NCBI GenBank assembly: GCA_965224085.1
Contig: CBDCYI010000004.1
Location: 1,120,001-1,184,000 of the forward strand
Direction: 5' to 3'
DNA from: Candidatus Marinacidobacterales bacterium
Lineage (GTDB): Bacteria; Acidobacteriota; Vicinamibacteria; Marinacidobacterales; SMYC01
Length of the DNA stretch: 64,000 nucleotides
The first letter of the stretch is position 1; every line of letters starts with the position of its first letter. Shown here in pieces: positions 59,506-64,000 of this stretch. Under the pieces are notes generated by a model. The model was not told where the DNA came from and ran no database searches. It saw only the letters and a program-made list of their open reading frames with translations. The translations under genes and the position numbers were made by a program.

Positions 59506-61218
59506 ATGCGTTCCCTATGGTCGATGACGATGATTGCCGCCATGTTCCTGGCGGTATTTGTTCATTCGGTGGGCGAGGCTCAGACAAAAGCGTTGCCTAC
59601 CGATCCAAGAGACCCGCTTCTCAATCAGGGGCCGAAAGAGGAAGAGATCGCGGAGAAGGCCATGGTCAGCACCCAGCTTCCCGCGGTGACCGAGGCGGCT
59701 CTTCAGGTGCTGAGACAAGGCGGTAATGCCGCGGATGCTTTCATCACCGCGGTTTTCATGCAGCACGTCAACGACTTCCACCAGGTGTCTCTCTTCGGGG
59801 CCATGACCGGGCTCTACTACGAGGCGTCATCGGGAAAGTATTACGCTTTCAACGCTTTTTCGGACCGACCCCTGGCCGACAGAAGTGAAGTGGGCGACCC
59901 CAGCAAGGTGGCCATCGCGGGCACCGTTCGCGGTCTCGAAGCCCTCGCCAAGCGCTTTGGAACCCGTGCCTGGGCGAGCTACCTCGAGCCGGCGATCGCC
60001 TCGGCCGAAGAAGGTGTCCTCGTCACCTCCTTCATGTATGCCAGCAATTACTCGACGATGGAAAGAAGCCTGGCGGAGAACCGCGAAGCGAGAGAGTTCT
60101 ACAAGCCGGACGGGCATCTCGCTCCCGTCGGGTTCCGCTGGAAGATGCCCAAACTGGCGGAGACGCTCCGCAAAGTAGCGTCGGAAGGGGCGGACTATAT
60201 GTATACCGGCGCCTGGGGGCAGAAGTTCGTCGAGGAAGCAGTCGAGCGTGGAGGTCGCGTGACGCTCGAGGACATGGCGAGCTACGAAGTGCGGTGGATG
60301 GAGCCGGTGCGCTTCACGTATCGCGGACACGAGATCATTGGCGAGCCACCGCCCGGCACCGGCGGCCTGATTCAAGCCTACAGTATGAACATCCTCGAGA
60401 ACTTTGACTTGAGAGCGCTGGGGCACTTCACCACCTCGCCGCGAACCCTCGAGACCATGGCGCGCACCTTTGGCCGCGTCGAGGACGAGCTGCGTTGGAC
60501 GCTACGGGATCCGCTGAGTTTCCAAATCCCGAGCGAGGTCTGGCTTTCCAAGGAGTATGGACGAACGGGCGCCGAATTTGCGCGGAAGACCACGACGCAC
60601 CCCGGGGTGAGTCTTGCCGGCAGCAAGGAAACGGCGGGCGCTGACGGCGGTGTCCCTCTCCTCGCACGTCAGGAGCGAGACGGGCTTCCGGTTCTAGGCA
60701 GCAATCACAACGTGATCGTGGACGCCCAGGGAAACTGGATCTCGTCTCTCCATACCGGCCACGGAGGCGCTCCCGGCGTCTTCATCGACGGTGTCCGTGC
60801 AACCGGGAGCGGGATGCGGGGAGAAACGACGGGGCCGGGGCGGCGCATCCTGGCCGGAGTGGGTGCGGTCATGGTGGCCAAGGACGGTGTCCCGTGGCTG
60901 GCTTTGGGCACGCCCGGCTGGCCGCCTCAACCCATCGTGGAAGTGCTCGTCAACATCATCGATTTCGACATGCACCCGAAGGACGCAGCCGACGCGCCGC
61001 GCTTCTTTGCTTTTCTCAACAACGAGAACGTGGTGGAAATAGAGTCTCGGATCTCGGAGGAGGTGCGAGAAGGGATGGCCGCCGCGGGCATCAAGCTGAA
61101 CGAGCTCGGAGACTACAATTGGCATACCGGCTCGATGCAAATCGTCTGGCGCGACGCCGATGGAAAACTCCACGGTGTCAGCGACCCCCGTCGCCTGGGA
61201 TATTCGGCGGGCTACTAG
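59506..61218 (+). CDS. Secreted gamma-glutamyltransferase-like Ntn hydrolase (Ser at the processing site)
   Basis: GGNAADA, GSNHNVIVDAQGN, GTPG, GVSDPRRLG; signal peptide. Confidence 0.85.
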   Translation: MRSLWSMTMIAAMFLAVFVHSVGEAQTKALPTDPRDPLLNQGPKEEEIAEKAMVSTQLPAVTEAALQVLRQGGNAADAFITAVFMQHVNDFHQVSLFGAMTGLYYEASSGKYYAFNAFSDRPLADRSEVGDPSKVAIAGTVRGLEALAKRFGTRAWASYLEPAIASAEEGVLVTSFMYASNYSTMERSLAENREAREFYKPDGHLAPVGFRWKMPKLAETLRKVASEGADYMYTGAWGQKFVEEAVERGGRVTLEDMASYEVRWMEPVRFTYRGHEIIGEPPPGTGGLIQAYSMNILENFDLRALGHFTTSPRTLETMARTFGRVEDELRWTLRDPLSFQIPSEVWLSKEYGRTGAEFARKTTTHPGVSLAGSKETAGADGGVPLLARQERDGLPVLGSNHNVIVDAQGNWISSLHTGHGGAPGVFIDGVRATGSGMRGETTGPGRRILAGVGAVMVAKDGVPWLALGTPGWPPQPIVEVLVNIIDFDMHPKDAADAPRFFAFLNNENVVEIESRISEEVREGMAAAGIKLNELGDYNWHTGSMQIVWRDADGKLHGVSDPRRLGYSAGY

Positions 61219-61449
61219 TTACTGGAAGTCGACCTTCACTTCTGGGGACATCTGGTGGGCGGGCTCACATGGGAGCCGCTGTCGCTCTTCGTAGTGATGC
61301 TTATTGTGCACGCTGTGTCGAAACTGTGGACTTCTTGGCACTGCCGCGCCTAAGATGGCTCCCCTTTCGCCTTCAACACCGGCCCGGAGAACCTGCTCCG
61401 CGCTCATTCCCCCACGAGCTGGCGTTCGATTGCCGAAGACGGCAATCGA

Positions 61450-62415
61450 ACGCGTCGAGCGAAGAGACGTCGACTGGGAGTTCTAAACGCGAAGGATAAG
61501 GAACAAAGGCGTCGCGTCTATCGAGATCTACTGAAGGTGTCGGAAGAAACCTATCGCTCCGCTCAACGCGTTGCAGACCAGTTGGACGAGTCCGGCTTGA
61601 CCGAGCCGGTGAAGCGAGCGAGTGCGGAGAAGATCGCCGCGGATTTTAAGCACTTTCTCGTCCTCACCGAAAAAGTCATCAACCAAACTCGGCGTAGAGT
61701 GATTGATGAAGAGCGTGTGCCTGCGGAGGAAAAGGTCGTTTCGATCTTCGAAGAACACACCGACATTATTCGCAAAGACCGGCGCGAGACTCTCTACGGT
61801 CACAAGGTGTGTTTGACTGGTGGCTCGTCCTCGATGATTTTGGATTGCGTGATCTTGGATGGGAATCCGTCCGATTCAACTCTCGCGGAAACCATGATCG
61901 ACCGTCAAGTCGAACTCTACGAACGGGCCCCGCGCCAGGTTGCCTACGATGGCGCGTTTTCTTCAAAGGCAAACTTGGAAGCCATCAAAGGCAAGGGAGT
62001 TGAAGATGTTGCCTTTACCAAGGCTCACTTCGCGGTGACCGATATGGTCAAGAGTTCCTGGGTCTATCAACGCCTACGGCGATTTCGCTGCGGAATCGAA
62101 GGCGTCATTTCGTTCTTGAAACGAGTCTTTGGTCTCGACCGATGCACATGGCGCTCATTGCCTTCTTTCAAATCCTACGTATGGAGTTCCATCATCACCT
62201 GCAACCTGTTGGTAATGGCAAGGCACCTATTACGATAATAATGATTACTCTTACTGCGTTTATAGCCATGGATTGCTGACGATTCGCCTCTCGTTTCGTC
62301 CAAGATTTTCATTCGCTTCCGAGCCTACGAGGTGCCGACTGAAAACGTATAATACCCACATCTTCGATAGGCCTCTCGTACACCACAAGTTATGGTGTTT
62401 CTGGACAGGAACTAG
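61450..62415 (+). mobile_element. 5'-truncated IS (ISNCY/IS5-like DDE transposase, ORF ends 62238) with right end
   Basis: TRRAKRR...YRDLLK, EKVVSIFEEHTDIIRK, YGHKV, DGNPSD, YDGAF, FRCGIEGVISFLKR; putative IR GTTTCTGGACAGGAAC followed by TAG. Confidence 0.85.
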
Positions 62416-63924
62416 CTAGCCGCCTCCCCGGCTACCGATACACTCGAGCGCCAGCGCCGCGGCATCCGCGTTCGACGGGGCCACGACGACACCAGCCTCC
62501 TGCAGTGTCGCGATCTGCTGTGACCGGTCCTGCCGATCGCCACGCGTGCCGGTGACCGAGCAGACGATCACGGGTAGCTGTTCGGCATGCTCGTTCAGAC
62601 AGTTTGCCAGGTGGCCCGCGGGATCTTCCGCGGCACCCTGACCTATCACGATGTCGAGCAAAATGACCCCGACGCCGGCATCGGCGAACGCCTCGGCGAG
62701 CGGCGCATCGCGCACGGCGGGATCGATCATGGGATGTGGCCGACCCCGGGTGTACTCGTCGTCGCCCAGATCCAGCAGGACGTGTGCACCGTCGGCTCGC
62801 CCCAGTTCCCTCGCCCCAAAAACTGGGGCGTTGGACGCCACGGCTTCACCGGCCTCGGTAAACACCACTTGAGCTTCGGCGGCGAGCGTACCACCAGCGA
62901 ACAATCCTCGCACACGGCTACCGCGCGCAATGGTCCGGTGCGTTTCGACCCGGACCGCTTCGGGACCCGCAAAGCTTACGCCGCCGAGCGCCTGCTCGGC
63001 CGCAGCCTTCAGGGTACGCGCCAGGGTGGCGTTATGAGGCAACGGAATACCATCCGCCCCGACGAAACACACGGTGTAGGATTTCGCACTTGCGGCGATC
63101 TTTGCCGTAATGCGTGCAACGACATCACCGGCAGGCGGTTTGGAGATCAGCACGATATGTCGAGTGCCGGCGTCGGCTTCGAGTACTTCCATGGCCATCA
63201 GGGTCGAAATCCCGCCCACCGCTTCGCTGAGGTCACGCCCGCCCACGCCCAGTGCATGAGAAACACCGCCCCCGGCTTCGGACAGCAGCGACGACACCTC
63301 CTGCATTCCCGTCCCGGATGCACCGACGATGCCGGTCTCGCCCCTCGAGACGCGGTTCGCGAACGCCAGCGGCACGCCATCGATGATGGCGGTGCCGCAG
63401 TCCGGCCCCATCACCAGCAAGCCGAGATCCCGCGCCTGGCGTTTGAGCGCCACCTCATCGGCCAGCGCCACGTTGTCGCTGAAGATCATCACATGCCGGC
63501 CGCTTGCGAGTGCCTTCTGCGCTTCGAAAGCGGCGTACAAACCCGGCACCGAAATCAACACCAGGTTGGCAGCCGGCAGCACCTGCGAGGCACCGCGCAG
63601 GTCGCGCGGTCGAAAGCCGCCAGTCTTCTGCTGGCCGCGCGAACCGCGTTCCGCATCAAGCGCGTACTCGGCCGCTTCGAGCGCCTGTTCCGCCGCAGCC
63701 CTTGAGCGCGCGCGAACCGCTATCACCAGATCACCACCACTCGCGTCGATTCCGTCACCACTCAGGAGTCCCGCATCGAGCATGAGTCGTTGATTGGTTG
63801 GCGAACCCATCATCAGTGCGGCGTCATCGACACCGTCGCTGTCGGCCACGGCTCGCGAGATGCGCATGAGGGCGACCGAGTCGAGAAAAAAACCGCTCCG
63901 TACTCGGTGCAGGGATATGCTCAT
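62416..63924 (-). CDS. fdrA: FdrA-like acyl-CoA synthetase-fold protein (AllF family)
   Basis: DSVALM, ISVPG, IFSDNV, MGPDCGT, GASGTG, GVGGRDL, GGTL, DLGDDEYTRGRPHPMID. Confidence 0.9.
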   Translation of the reverse strand: MSISLHRVRSGFFLDSVALMRISRAVADSDGVDDAALMMGSPTNQRLMLDAGLLSGDGIDASGGDLVIAVRARSRAAAEQALEAAEYALDAERGSRGQQKTGGFRPRDLRGASQVLPAANLVLISVPGLYAAFEAQKALASGRHVMIFSDNVALADEVALKRQARDLGLLVMGPDCGTAIIDGVPLAFANRVSRGETGIVGASGTGMQEVSSLLSEAGGGVSHALGVGGRDLSEAVGGISTLMAMEVLEADAGTRHIVLISKPPAGDVVARITAKIAASAKSYTVCFVGADGIPLPHNATLARTLKAAAEQALGGVSFAGPEAVRVETHRTIARGSRVRGLFAGGTLAAEAQVVFTEAGEAVASNAPVFGARELGRADGAHVLLDLGDDEYTRGRPHPMIDPAVRDAPLAEAFADAGVGVILLDIVIGQGAAEDPAGHLANCLNEHAEQLPVIVCSVTGTRGDRQDRSQQIATLQEAGVVVAPSNADAAALALECIGSRGGG

Positions 63925-64000
63925 CGGATACCCATCCTCGCCGCGAAGGCACGCAACGCCTGCTCAAAGCAGCCGAGCGGTGCTTCGACAACCCCGGCGC
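63921..64000 (-). CDS. 3' end of a DUF1116 (YlbE/AllG-like) gene
   Basis: Manual translation ...AGVVEAPLGCFEQALRAFAARMGIR*; its stop overlaps the fdrA ATG. Confidence 0.65.
   Translation of the reverse strand, partial: AGVVEAPLGCFEQALRAFAARMGIR

Overview
High-GC bacterial DNA. The gene content (GWxTD protein, several VPS10/BNR hydrolases, expanded GGT and amidohydrolase paralogs) suggests Acidobacteriota such as Vicinamibacteria; that placement is inference. The first ~29 kb is mostly core or metabolic: an ALDH-fold / EhpF-like adenylase / GT4 operon, glycosylasparaginase, a PpiC foldase, MFS, amrS, GGT, a TrkA-USP fusion with a CPA2 antiporter, a metalloprotease, hflKC, convergent valS and ileS, a GldC-like gene and an ArsR-SRPBCC pair. 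From ~29 kb onward the DNA is a mosaic centred on a tRNA-Glu / tRNA-Lys integration hotspot. Two displaced copies of the tRNA-Glu 3' end delimit tandem islets. One holds a lone AIPR gene, a structured and compositionally odd GC element, a C-box and a truncated controller protein. A 3'-only tRNA-Lys fragment with a decayed tyrosine integrase precedes a block of secreted hydrolases and an IS remnant. A ~110-140 bp structured repeat occurs three times at CTAG-like sites and appears to have inserted into the 5' end of one gene. Several single-base frameshifts in homopolymers look like sequencing errors. No CRISPR array or rRNA was seen. All family calls come from motif recognition, not database searches.
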